From Macrostomum lignano (Eukaryota): 64,000 nt of DNA. Positions 12,901 through 24,900 of the stretch are shown here, one piece after another; position 1 is the stretch's first letter, and every line of letters starts with the position of its first letter. Both the position numbers and the translations under genes were made by a program. Where the stretch lies: contig NIVC01000719.1 of NCBI GenBank assembly GCA_002269645.1, forward strand, positions 398,243 to 462,242, read 5' to 3'. The notes beneath the pieces were generated by a model that saw only the letters and a list, made by a program, of their open reading frames with translations, did not search any database and was not told the DNA's origin.

Positions 12901-15900
12901 CTGGGTCAGACAGATTGGCTCACTCTGGAGACAGTGAGCTGGGTCAGACAGATTGGCTCACTCTGGAGACAGTGAGCTGGGTCAGACAGATTGGCTCACT
13001 CTGGAGACAGTGAGCTGGGTCAGACAGATTGGCTCACTCTGGAGACAGTGAGCTGGGTCAGACAGATTGGCTCACTCTGGAGACAGTGAGCTGGGTCAGA
13101 CAGATTGGCTCACTCTGGAGACAGTGAGCTGGGTCAGACAGATTGGCTCACTCTGGAGACAGTGAGCTGGGTCAGACAGATTGGCTCACTCTGGAGACAG
13201 TGAGCTGGGTCAGACAGATTGGCTCACTCTGGAGACAGTGAGCTGGGTCAGACAGATTGGCTCACTCTGGAGACAGTGAGCTGGGTCAGACAGATTGGCT
13301 CACTCTGGAGACAGTGAGCTGGGTCAGACAGATTGGCTCACTCCAATGGTGACATGGAGACAGTTATTAAATAAGCACAAAGGCATCAATAATGCAAATT
13401 TCAAACCTCGCGAAAGCAGCTGTGGCAAAACAAACTGTCGTTACACTCGGCACATTTGACGCTGGATTGCACAGCCTTGCAAGCTGAGCACGCTGACCGA
13501 TCTCTGGCAATTCCTAGAAAGTAGCAACAGTGTTGATTTAGGTGTAGTTTATGTTGGCTAACACAATATATGAGACGCTAAACTTGTTATTTAAAAACCC
13601 AGCAACTCACCAGCCCCAGGAACAGTGAACTCTTTGCTAGCTTCACCCCTGTCCTCGTCACCAGAAGATTTTCTAACATCACTGAAATAGTAGAGACAAA
13701 TTGATTAAAGCGAATGTATTTTACAATTACTTGGCATGTAGTATGAACAGATTGAAACAAACGCAGACTTACGACTTTTGTGTTAGCCTAATAAGCATGT
13801 CGCTATAAAACATTCCAATTAGATTCAAATCCAATGGCAGTACACCAACTGGAATAGTGTTCAACTTGTTCAGCGGCTGATTGTACTTTGTGGCGACCTG
13901 GTTTGAAAAAAGTACAAGTTGAACTTTCTTTTAAAGTAATTTATTCAAAGATTACACTGAGTAGCACTGACTTTCTTAATTTCAGGCATATGTAATCTGT
14001 CTATATACCTACACTTGGGTTTGGCCCCTCATAGATTGAATTAGGGACTAACAAGCTTATAAAACATATAGGTAGAATACTTATTAATTTAAATAGGTAC
14101 CTGGCATCCATCAACTCGGCAAGTCCAACTGTCAGACTTCTGCCTGAGGCTCGATAGCACACACTCCGTGCAGACATTGTGGCCGCATGTCAGCACCATA
14201 GGCAGTCGCATATGCCTGGCACCATTTCTACTAAGAATGCCTGCATATGGTTTTGGTTATATTAATGATTATTACTATATGTAAAATAAGTTTTAACACT
14301 GATTAATTTTTTCTCACAATACCCTAAAGTTGACTTCCACTTTGTGATCTCATTACTTCTTTATCAAAGATTATTGATAGTAGATAGAGTTCCACCATAG
14401 CTACAGATACAGAAATTTATAGATACATTGATTTTGATCTCCAAGTTATAGATATGGATACGATTATGGGAACAGAAATTTCCCAGATTTTTACCATAAT
14501 CCTATAAAGAACCTAGTTTTTGCAACTAAGACAAAAATTATAGTGCATTTATATGCATCATAGATAAAAATGTAGCAAATCCTTTGATAAAATAGTTAAA
14601 AAATATCCCAAATCTATTCTGTGATACAAATATGCTTATAAGTTGAAGGTTACAGTACTAATTGGTTGAAATCCAACTTGTCAACATACATCATACTGTA
14701 CTTTGACATTCAAAATATGCTTATAAGACAAATACTTGGGACTCATAAGCATCTAGCTTTATTATTGGCTTCCTACATGTTAGCTTCTGCTGACTATCCA
14801 TAATGTATATTTTCATATATGAACTTATATTGTGACTCTTTATTGATGCATGAACAACTATATATATGCTGCAATTCACCGAAATTGTTTAATTTTCATT
14901 GACAAGCTATTGACACATTGAACCATTCTGAAAGATAATCCCCTAGTATAACAATAAATTAAAAACCTCTAAGAATCTTGCACAATGCAATAGTAGATAT
15001 AGCAACTTATTTGCAAGTAATTAAAAGTGGTTGTGGGCATAGTTGCAGAGCTATAGGATTTTTATGGTTACAGATACAAATATGGATAAGGGAGGTCTAA
15101 AATCAGGGGGTCTCAACCTTGCACAGATCAGAAGCCCTCCCCTCCCCTTATGCAAAAGACTTCATTGTTAGCATTATCAGGACACCCTTTAGATGTTTAG
15201 CATAGGGTTGGTGGCAGAACTACGTGTACTTTAAGTAGTCTCTATCTTCAAAACTCCTTGGCCATAGAAGGGATTAGAACATTGGGACCTTGCTATTAGA
15301 CTACAACCCAAGCTACCATGCAATTTTCCATCTAGGGCAAGTGCCCTGGAAGGGTGATGTCTGATTCTCTACCCTGTTATTAGTACCTCGGGCCATAGTT
15401 CTATAAAAAGCTATCATTCCCTAGGTAATATCCCAATCAAGTGTGCTTTTCCTGAGCTGATACTGGCATGTTAAAAGAATGTCTAATACACTAGCCCATA
15501 TATCACATTCTAATTCAGGGCTCACTGTCAGTTTCTTGTTTGCAAAATATTTTGTTCTGTTATACTTTATTATTGAAAGCCCTTTAAAATTAGATTAGAT
15601 GGCTTTGTGAATCCAAATTGCACCAACAAAGATTAGAAACTTTTGTATTCCCTAATCAAGATGGCTACATACCAAGATAACCAAAGCTTTAAATATCTAA
15701 ATAGATAATCATAAGCCTAGGTCTATATATTTCACTCATTCCTTATTGGTAGTAATTAAAGAGATAGATGATATAATAGAATTGTATTATATTATAGTCA
15801 ATAATCATGTCAGGCCATAGCCCAGCAGTAGTGCAGCTGCTCTGTTGTGCCAGCAACCTAGGCTTGATTCCAAGTGCAGTCACATTAATTTGGGGCTGAA

Positions 15901-18900
15901 TTGGAATCTTGGCTTGGCTCTGCTTGTGCAATTAATGGCCTTGAGAGCCAACCCCCCCAGGGCACAGTGAAGTGTATATGCCTAACGATAATATAAAGTT
16001 AGGGCCGCTGTACACTCCTGTGTGATTGTGTGCCTGCATATGTATCTGTGCGCTTATGTGTCTGCTCAGGGAAGTCGGCAGAATGGGCAGTAATGCCTCT
16101 TGCCAGTTGTGTGCCTATGTTGCTTAAAGTGCGCCAGGGTGCACACAACCCCCCTGCCTCTAATAAAAAAATATTATAATCATTCTCTTTGGCTTTAGCT
16201 TTTATTGATTATAGCCTGACCTATAGATATTTATCTACTGCTACATAAAGCAATCAGCCTATACATGCGCAACCTCCAAAATTTGGTCGGCTGTGCGACT
16301 TAGTTTTAACAAAAATGCGATGTAGTTTTTGGCCAAAAATGCGACTAACATGTAAAAAAACCCTAAAGCAAAATTACCACAACTTTAGATAAACGGCAGG
16401 AGTAACTATGACTGTCTTATTAAGCCGCAATGCCTCGTCAGCTACTTAGTACTACTACTTGGGTGTTTTTTCGGGTGGGCATTTTTGCGACTTCCTTGGT
16501 TGGCCACCAAATCAGTTGGCCAGATTGGCCGACTGTTGCGCATGTATGAATCAGCCTAGCACAAAAAATACCTTATTTAGATTGCATATTTATTCTATTT
16601 TTTATATAGCATTATCACTAGCAATGGTTTCTTGATAAATTAATGTGAAAGGCCTCTTTCTATTCTTTACTCATATGCAAAAATTTAACTTTCTATGCCA
16701 TTCTAAATTGCATATGTTTCTAAGAAAACATTTTGTTAGAGCCTCTAATTCTACTAATAATTTTATTATCAAAGTGTTATTAATATTTTCTGAAATTGTT
16801 GATTGTGCTATATTTATTTTTTGCTACAAAACTATAGGGTTAATGACTATGCTAAAAATTAAAATGAGACCTGACTTGAGAAATAAGTTAATAATTATAT
16901 AACCATAAGTAAGTTTTTAATTTTCTTAAATATAAAAAAATTGAATATTATTTTTTGTATTTTGTTATTCATAGGCAAAGAGAATTTTAATTAATCTTAT
17001 TTTTATAATTAGCTTTTTAAGTAGTTTATTCATTCATGTGCAATCTCCAAAATTTGGTCAGCTGTGCAACTTTGTTTTAACAAAAATTCAACATAGTTTT
17101 TGGCCAAAAATGCAACATTTGGCCAAAAATGCAACATTTGGGTAAATGGCAGGAGTAACTATGACTGTCTTATTATGGCAAAATGCCTCATAATCTACTT
17201 AGTACTACTTCAGTATTTTTTTGGATGGGATTTTTACCTTGGTTGGCTGCCAAATTGGTCAGCCAGATCAGCTGACTCTTCCAACTGTTGCGCATATAAA
17301 AGTTTATTACTTCAAAATCAATGCCAATGGCAAAAAGAAATTAATTATAAATATTAATTCTTTTGCAAGGAAATAGGCATTATAACATTTAAAATTTAAA
17401 CCAAATTTACAATTTACTAGGCCTACCACCTAATGTTTTATTACATGTGTTAGTCCTTAATGTTATTATTGATATTATATATTATTTATCAAAAATTGTC
17501 TTTTAGTGCATTTAAAAATTAGTAGCACTAATTGTACTACATTTCAAAGTAGAAAGAGTGCTTGCTATTAGCAATTGCTAATTTTTTTCTTTAATTGATT
17601 AGTGACAATACTAATTATTGGTACTAAAAATTTAGCAGTCCTATTAGTCTATCACTGCTTAGCATTAGTGTTCCACTGTAAGGAGGGTCCATGTACCATA
17701 GCTGTAGCCGTAAGCAAAACTATGGCTTACTCCAATTCTCCATATTCCGTAGCCGTAAGGACCCCGAAATTACCATATTCCCATAGTTCCCGTAGCCATA
17801 GCTTTAGTTTTTACAAAAAGTCTAAAAAACAAAGTATTTTAAATCAAGAAGATAACCTAGTGCTTAAACAACTGCAAATTAAATTAGAAAATAAAAGAAA
17901 CACTTGTCTTTGTAAGAATATATTGCGTCTTTTTTAGAGCAACAATACTTAATTGTTATTGAAAGTACTAATGCTAGAGTTTTTCACATTAATAAAATTT
18001 AGAATTTATTAGTGTTTTATTATACTTTTTAGGTATATTTTATAAGTTTCTAGGTTGATAATACATTTTACTAAAAGTATCTTTGTTTTACTCTACCTGT
18101 TTCTAATATTTTTTCAATTTTTAATATTAATATTAATAACTACGGCTATGGGAATCTACAGAATGTGATAGCAACTACTATATTTCCATACTCGTAGCCA
18201 TAAGAGCAGCTAGCTACCGTAGGCGTATCTGTAGCTGCCATAGGCAGTGTTGGGCAAGTTACTCAAAAAAAGTAACTTGCGTTACTGTAACTCAAGTTAC
18301 CACTTTTTCAAAAAGTAACTTACGTTAGCCTAGTAACTTTATACAAAAACCCGGTAACTTTTAAGTTACTTCCGTTACTTACTTCCGTTACCTATGTTAT
18401 TAACAAAATTTTCTGCTTTTTTAACATTGCAAATGCGCTGGAACAGCACAAATGATCGCGAAAGCCAGGAGGAAGAATAAAACAACATTAATTTCAGTAA
18501 CTGTATTAAATTTTAATCTCTTTAGGCCCTTTCCGTAAAAAGAAAAGAAGCTGAAGGTCAGAAACGTTAAAGGCAAAACGCAATTTAATTTTTAATAACA
18601 TTATAAGTTATAATACACAAGGACAACTTAACGTAACTTCAGTTGGCCTTGGTAATACATCGCTCGTAATAAGTACCTGGCTTTACTCCACTCTATAGTC
18701 TGCTTTACTAGTCTTTTTATTTATTTTCAATTATTATCATTAATATTAAATTATTGTGCAGTGCAGTGCAGTGCCAGTGGACTTTAGTGGTGTAGCCAGG
18801 GAGGCCGCCTTAACAATCGTTGGGGCGGCAACTTCACCCCACCTGCAAGACACCCCACCTGGGGGGGGGGGGGTGGGGTTGGGCGTGGCGGGTACCAAAA

Positions 18901-21900
18901 ACCATGAGGCGATTGAGTGCCTGCGGCGCTTAAATGAGTGCCTGCGGCGCTTAAATGAGTGCTTGCGGCGCTAAAATGAGTGCCTGCGGCGCTAAAATGA
19001 GTGCCTGCGGCGCTAAAAGTGGCAATGGCATGAGGCATGGCCAGCCAGGCCAACCCGCCCCCCCCCAATTAAAATTCCTGGCTACGTCGATCACTGAGTG
19101 GATTTGTGGAGACTACAGATGAATTTCTTTCTTTGGTTTTTTGTTTCTAAGAACTAAACAAAATATTTTTATTAACTTAAAAACGAAAAGCAAAAATATT
19201 TTACCGAAAATAACAAAGTAAAAACATGTTTCAAGTATTTCTTTATTAATTACAGCGTAATACCGTATGATATTATTCACTTAGTTTTGAATTTAGGAAT
19301 GAAAAATGCTAAAAATGTGACAACTAGAGTAATAGCTAAGCATATCAGTTTTAAATTTAAATATTGCGATTGTTGCAAAGTAACTGTAACGGACTTCCGA
19401 AATTTGAGTAACTTACCGTTACTCCGTTACCAAAATAGGAAAGTAACTTGCGTAAGGAACGCTTTACGAAAAAGTAACTTGCGTTACCATTTACAAGTTA
19501 CTCGGTAACGGAAGTGCCCAACACTGGCCATAGGCACCTATTTTACCATATTTTAAGCTACGGCTATGGCGGAACATTACTTAACTTAGCATATAATTGG
19601 CATAATCCTAATGCATACCGAGGTCATTAATGCATAGGCCTATGTCTATGATATACAACTTTTCAGCATAGGCCTACTTGCCAAAAAACATAGGGTAAAA
19701 CATCATCAACCGGACAATGAATCTTCAAAACCGGACAAGTTCATCAGCTTCTATTTTACTACCATACTTGACAATAACAAACTTAAAAGCTTAACTTAAC
19801 CACTCGTTTGAAAGAACTTGTAACTATCTGCAAAACGACACATCCATCGTTTGATAGTTTTCTGTAGAAAAAAAGATATTTGTGTTTATCTGATGAAAAA
19901 ATTGTGAAATTTACGTTTTGCGAAGATTTTTGTTTTTCAGCGGCTACTGAAAAAATGTTTATAACTTTACAATCGCGGCTCCGTTTTTTATACCCAATGT
20001 CTCATTTTATTCAGCATAAAATGATCTATTGATTGACATTAAATATGTGACTTAAATTTGCTGGTAACTTTCACATTTAGCCCTGTCCGGTTGATGATGC
20101 AATTCTGTCCATTCGGTTCGGTTTACAGATTCGTGCACCATCAACCGGACAAAGAATCATCAACCGGACGGGTAAAAAATGCAGGCAATAAAAAGTTTTT
20201 AGCTAGTAAAATAAACAGAATATATGTTTTGCTTTCACCTAAATTACAAATCAAAGCAATTTTATAAGTTGTTGTCAAAAAAACAATAACCATTTTGTTT
20301 TACGTATTTGAGCTTTGAACACCGGATTTTCAGACTTTGATTTGTAAATCTCCGGTAAAAATAACAGTCAAATATTTTATTCTCTACTTACAGTAGTAAA
20401 GCAAAGGTTGACGAAATATCAACTATTTTCGGACAATTCAGTGTCAAAAAGTGGCGGACTCCATTGTGTGACTGCGCTAACTCTACGGAATAAATAGGCA
20501 TAGCTTATTTTAACTAGCTACATTACCGCGCTAACTTTAGTACTGCGGCCAGTAACTCTATCTGCATTCGGCGCCAGAGATGTACATGTATTCAGCAGGT
20601 AGATGTGGTAAATGGCTTTGAAAAGCCTAATGGTGCTTGAATAGTTTGGTGCGGGCTAAAGCCAAAACAGAATAATTAAACAAACATGATGGGTGTCCGC
20701 GAGCTTGCCACCCCAAACAGCGCCCCCCTCGGCGCCACTAAAATGTTCGCCGTTACAAAGCAGCGCCAGTGCCTTCTAGTAAGCATGTAAATGTGGCATT
20801 CCATGCCCTTTATCACCCCCAGCGTGGCGCCCCAAGCATGGTGCAGGGCGCACCTACGTACCAAAAGAATCTTATTGGTATAGATTGCCAATAAGCTCCA
20901 TCGTATTTCAAGAACCACTAGGAGTATAAGGAGTCTACTTCTAGCGGTTTTTATAACTTACGACCGAATAAGCTCAATGAAAGCTTCACAAAAAGGCGCA
21001 AAGAAACTGAAACCAATCACAACGAAAAGAATTTTATACAAGCAAGTTAATCTAAGAAAAACACATTTACTTTCTGTTTGATATCTCACATGCAAGAATC
21101 TATAATTGTTTGCTTATAATTAACTACTGTACTCCCATAGGTAAAGTCGAGATATTTATTGGGTTGCGCGCTGGGAAGTCGCGCTTCTAAGGGACGCTAA
21201 AAAGACGCCAAAAGGGCGCTAAAGCGTGTGCTCTAAAAAGCGGGTGTCTTGTGTTCTGGGCTAGCTTCGGGAGCGCTTATTGGGGGGGGGGACGATTCGG
21301 TACGATGTGGCGCTATGAGGGCGCTTTGGTAGGGCGCGGTCGGGGCAAGGCAGCTTTAAGGTCACTAGCTGGGTTGTAGGGCGCTTTGGGAGAGCTTTAC
21401 CCCTTCAAAAGAATCTCCACTTGCCCAGCCCCTGGCTTCGCACCTGCTCTGCTTCTTCCAAACAATACACCGAACTCAAGGGTGGCGGATCCAAAGGAGC
21501 AAGGCTGAGCGGTGGGCTGTTTCCAGAATTTTCCTCAAATTTGCTCATCACAATTTTTTCAGGTGTCTATAAGCTACTGCGGAAAGTGGACGGCCACCCC
21601 ACAGCGGTTGCGCAAATGGTTTTTAGATAAATTGAGGATCTGTAAAATATAGCTCGCGCCTCTGTAAAAATCGAAGGCATTTAGGCAGCCACTAGTCTAG
21701 CTATTTAATAGCTATTGAATAGTCATTAGTAATAGCTAGTATTGATTGCAGTAAGGCAAAATTGAAACCACCAGTATACGCGTGAAGCCGTTTTATTGAC
21801 GCATTCTATATATACCATGCATGCCATTCATCCATGATTATACCGCCACCCCTGTTGGATCTCATCCAGCTAGGGTGGAATCCGGTGGATGAATCAAAGC

Positions 21901-24900
21901 ATTGAGACAAGTAATATAGAGGCCAACTCAATTTTCCAGTTTCAGTTGAATTCGCACATTACTGGCGGCTGACCCCTAAATGGCGACTAATGCTTTGCTT
22001 GCCGACATGTTGCATTCATGAGATAGAGATGGGATGGCTGTTTGTGAAAGTGTGAAAATGGGCAAAATTTGTGAGAATTATGCAATCATAGGCTGAATTG
22101 ACTCTGTCTATATGACACTGTCTACCTCTGTCTCTCTAGTATATGAGAATTATAAGCTTACCCTGTCATTCAGGATGGGTTTTTCTATATTTTGCATTAG
22201 GCAAATTATTCACTCTTTACTTTCTGAATTTTGGATTATAAATAATAAAACAAACAACTCTATTAATGATATCCCAAAGAAAAGGCAGCATATAGCAACA
22301 ACACATGCACTAAAGTGTATTGACCACAAAACAACGGGTTTGTTGTGTATGTACATATACATGTAAATATTCAAGTAAAAGTTTTTCTGCAAATGCATAT
22401 CAAGTCAGCCATAAAATTCCGTACTGAAAAGTTTTCCAGTATAAAATAGACCTTGCATTGTGGAACCCATTTCCACTCTGGGGTGCCAATGTTTGTGTGC
22501 TGCTCAGCTTTTTTGGCGCCACTTCCCCACTTGGCACTCATCCTGTATGCTCATCCTGTGTGCTCATTCTGTGTGCTCATTCTGTGTGCTCATTCTGTGC
22601 GCTCATTCTGTGTGCTCATTCTGTGTGCTCATTCTGTGTGCTCATTCTGTGTGCTCATTCTGTGTGCTCATTCTGTGTGCTCATTCTGTGTGCTCATTCT
22701 GTGTGCACACTCTGTGCGCATTCTGTGTGCTCATTCTGTGTGCTCATTCTGTGCGCTCATTCTGTGTGCTCATTCTGTGTGCTCATTCTGTGTGCTCATT
22801 CTGTGTGCTCATTCTGTGTGCTCATTCTGTGTGCACACTCTGTGCGCATTCTGTGTGCTCATTCTGTGTGCTCATTCTGTGCGCTCATTCTGTGTGCTCA
22901 TTCTGTGCGCTCATTCTGTGCGCTCATTCTGTGTGCTCATTCTATGTGCTCATTCTGTGCGCTCATTCTGTGCGCTCATTCTGTGTGCTCATTCTGTGTG
23001 CACACTCTGTGCGCATTCTGTGTGCTCATTCTGTGTGCTCATTCTGTGCGCTCATTCTGTGTGCTCATTCTGTGCGCTCATTCTGTGTGCTCATTCTGTG
23101 TGCTCATTCTGTGTGCACACTCTGTGCGCATTCTGTGTGCTCATTCTGTGTGCTCATTCTGTGCGCTCATTCTGTGTGCTCATTCTGTGCGCTCATTCTG
23201 TGCGCTCATTCTGTGTGCTCATTCTGTGCGCTCATTCTGTGCGCTCATTCTGTGTGCTCATTCTGTGCGCTCATTCTGTGTGCTCATTCTGTGCGCTCAT
23301 TCTGTGTGCACACTCTGTGCGCATTCTGTGTGCTCATTCTGTGTGCTCATTCTGTGTGCACACTCTGTGCGCATTCTGTGTGCTCATTCTGTGTGCTCAT
23401 TCTGTGCTCAAATGTTAAAACTACACTCATTGAAATAATTTCTCGGCTCCATCTCTGTTCGTCTGTTTCTGTATTTTGACTCATTATCTTTGTCTTGACC
23501 CGTTTCTCCCAGTTTCCCCGCCTCATCCGGTTTCAACTGACTTTATCCCCATGATTTCTTCTAGACTCAATAGGGCCTATCAGATTCGCAAAATAGTTTA
23601 GTCTTTTCCTTCTCTCAGAATTTCGAGACGGATGATCTCAAGGGACGAAAAGGGAACAATAAGGCCCTACTGCCAATGACAAGCACCAGCGTCTTACTAT
23701 TGGCTAGCACTGGGTCGCACATTATACTTGCGACCTATCCACGAGTTTGGATGAACTCCCAATCCCATTTTTAACCTGTTGTGGAAAAAAACAGCTTGCC
23801 ATCGCCATTTTCATAACCCATAATCAACTCTTTTGGTTCTGATAATAAGAAATACCAACTAAAGCGTATATTCAAATTAACTAGGCCTAATTAACAGCTT
23901 GCCAACAATGGCAAAACCACAGCAATCAAAAGGCAAAAAGCCGGATTTGGAATCCGCAGTTCAAAGTGTGCTGCAACGTATTCGGAGTGGGTTAGACGGT
24001 GACTACCGCAATGTTGCCGATTCTTTCGGCGTTTCAAGATCGACACTGTTTGATCGCGTTCGAAAATTAATGAATGGCGAAAAGCCAAGAAAAAGAAATG
24101 ACTGTAAGCGCTACTTTACAGAGGCAGAAGAACGCCTTTTTTCTGACGCCATACAGCAGGCGGCCGTGCAGCAGCTTCCAGTTTCGAGAAAGTTGCTGCT
24201 GCAAATGGCGTCGGATGCTGTCTGCAATTTCGCCAGCAAGGAAGGCAGGAGCGGCTTGCGCCATGTCCAGGCAAGAATATTTATAAATAAATTTTATTGA
24301 AAAGAGCGAGATCTCAAATCTGCTTTTACCCTTACGGTAATAGGACAGCAATAATAGGACCGCTGTCTGACCCAGTTCTCCCGCTGCCTGACCCAGTTCT
24401 CCCGCTGCCTGACCCAGTTCTCCCGCTGCCTGACCCAGTTCTCCCGCTGCCTGACCCAGTTCTCCCGCTGCCTGACCCAGTTCTCCCGCTGCCTGACCCA
24501 GTTCTCCCGCTGCCTGACCCAGTTCTCCCGCTGCCTGACCCAGTTCTCCCGCTGCCTTGCCTAGTTTTCCCGCTGCCTGACCCAGTTCTCCCGCTGCCTG
24601 ACCCAGTTCTCCCGCTGCCTTGCCTAGTTTTCCCGCTGCCTGACCCAGTTCCCCTCCGGTTCCCCTCCGGTTCCCCTCCGGTTCCCCTCCGGTTCCCCTC
24701 CGGTTCCCCTCCGGTTCCCCTCCGGTTCCCCTCCGGTTCCCCTCCGGTTCCCCTCCGGTTCCCCTCCGGTTCCCCTCCGGTTCCCCTCCGGTTCCCCTCC
24801 GGTTCCCCTCCGGTTCCCCTCCGGTTCCCCTCCGGTTCCCCTCCGGTTCCCCTCCGGTTCCCCTCCGGTTCCCCTCCGGTTCCCCTCCGGTTCCCCTCCG

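Larger units (their letters stand above)
17666..19579. mobile_element. Outer hAT-like non-autonomous element that hosts nested insertions
   Basis: Ends TAGTGTTCC and GGAACATTA; TAGCCGTA/TACGGCTA subterminal motifs at both ends; CTTAGCAT at 17658-17665 recurs at 19585-19592, offset by 5 nt. Confidence 0.45.

Noticed and set aside
12588-13343. Regular 31-42-bp repeats as CRISPR arrays
   Set aside because: The units are head-to-tail with no unique spacers, there are no cas genes, and the context is eukaryotic introns.
22451-22541. MSAKW...WVPQCK as first exon of the RING gene
   Set aside because: It has a weak donor, the wrong phase and only one Cys. The exon at 36142-36181 supplies CxxC, a GTAAGT donor and the correct phase.
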